Positions 62,816 to 64,000 of a DNA stretch of 64,000 nt are shown in pieces (the stretch's first letter is position 1; the number at the start of each line of letters is the position of its first letter). The notes under the pieces are model-generated. The model was not told where the DNA came from. It did not search any database and worked only from the letters and a program-made list of their open reading frames with translations. The stretch is taken from positions 70,060,001-70,124,000 of the forward strand of contig OZ287751.1 of the NCBI GenBank assembly GCA_965649765.1. Reading direction: 5' to 3'. This stretch comes from Bispira polyomma. Its lineage: Eukaryota. A program made the position numbers and the translations under genes.

Positions 62816-63149
62816 GTAAATTAAATTATTCTGTGTAGTGGTGGTGGTATGTATGGTGTGATGTATAACGTGTGGAAATAAGTACGATTATTGTGCAAAA
62901 CTACACGTGTTTTAAACTTATATTGTAACAATATATATGAGACGAATAGCTCAGTACATAAGTGAAGTGTCTTGAACTATATAAGTTTGGTCTTTGTTAT
63001 AATTAATATATTATATGTTGTGGGACAGCAAGTATATGTAGTTTGTATTTCAAGATGTGAGCTCATGTGGAAATTGAGTAAGATTTGAACACTATGACAT
63101 ACATGAGGGTCATGTTTGTGAGGGGTCGGGGGAGACATATCATTATATT

Positions 63150-63500
63150 GTGATCTCTGTGCCCTAATGGTTACAGTGTCAGATTTTGGATCTGAGGGAT
63201 CTGAGGGTCCCGGTTCGATCTTCTCCGATTGGCCTTGTGATTGTACCCTTGGACAAGGTAACTTACACAAAGTTGTCCCTCTCTACCCAGGTGTATAAAT
63301 GGGTACCTGGCCACTAATGGGTGTTAGTCTTTGTACACCGCATGTGGCAGCATGACTAGTATCCCCCTTAGTGAGCCGAGAGTGAACAATTGGTTTACAA
63401 GTAGAAGAACCTAGGCCGGAGTAAAAATGTCAAAGCGGATTAGATGACAGTGATGTTCATAACTGCGCTATATCAAGTTATAAATATTAATTATTATTAT
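63150..63500 (+). mobile_element. tRNA-derived SINE, family B (CORE-like central domain, (att)n tail)
   Basis: ggttcgat B-box, ccttggacaagg..ctctctacccaggtgtataaatgggtacc; other copies at 40664-40990 (+), 7490-7815 (-) and 52660-52900 (-). Confidence 0.85.
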
Positions 63501-64000
63501 CATAAATTGGCATTACCATATAGGTCTAAAAGCAATGGGTCAGTAAAATCATTTGTAATATCAATGGGAAAAGTGATATCATCTCACAAAAGATCTTTTC
63601 TTACTCTCACTCAGACAAAGACCACAATCTTAACCTTTTCAGGCCAAAATCAAAGACCCAAATCTGAAGCTTTAGACTAAGTTAAGACTAAGACCTTTTG
63701 TGAATACGGCTTCTGAATTATACATCGACAAGTCCAAAAAGCAGGAAGAAACAATGGTGTACATGAAGGGAAACAAAGGGTGGTGAACAAGTTTAAAGAG
63801 GTAGTTTTTAAGTTTTCTCCTAAACTCAGAAAAGAGTTTTTATAGTGATCTAAGCTCAACTGGGAGAGTATTACATTATAAAAGGGCAGTGATTGAGAAA
63901 GCTCTAGATCCAGCCCACTGGGTGGGTTTAACAGAGGAAACAGAATGCCTCTTTCCTTACTTGAGGTTACTGAAGAAAAAACACAAGTACCAATTAGGGT

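Overview
AT-rich animal genomic DNA. The SINE, MITE and LINE content suggests an invertebrate, possibly a mollusc (inference). The left 29 kb holds the first 15 coding exons of a minus-strand thioester-protein-family gene, recognisable as a macroglobulin complement-related (Mcr/TEP6-type) orthologue: 2026 nt, 675 codons, all GT-AG and phase-compatible, continuing past position 1. The right 35 kb is mostly intergenic repeat sequence with two assembly gaps and a possible first exon and promoter near 62.2-62.8 kb. Three observations stand out. (1) At least six different exon-intron junctions of this gene are themselves tandemly duplicated into the intron, from about 2 to about 38 copies and of very different ages, creating arrays of decoy splice sites; only one checked decoy keeps an open frame. 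(2) A duplicated ~90-100-nt GC-rich structured motif with compensatory base changes lies in the apparent 3' UTR of a LINE. (3) A 2.85-kb TIR element with a higher-order satellite as cargo lies just upstream of the start codon.
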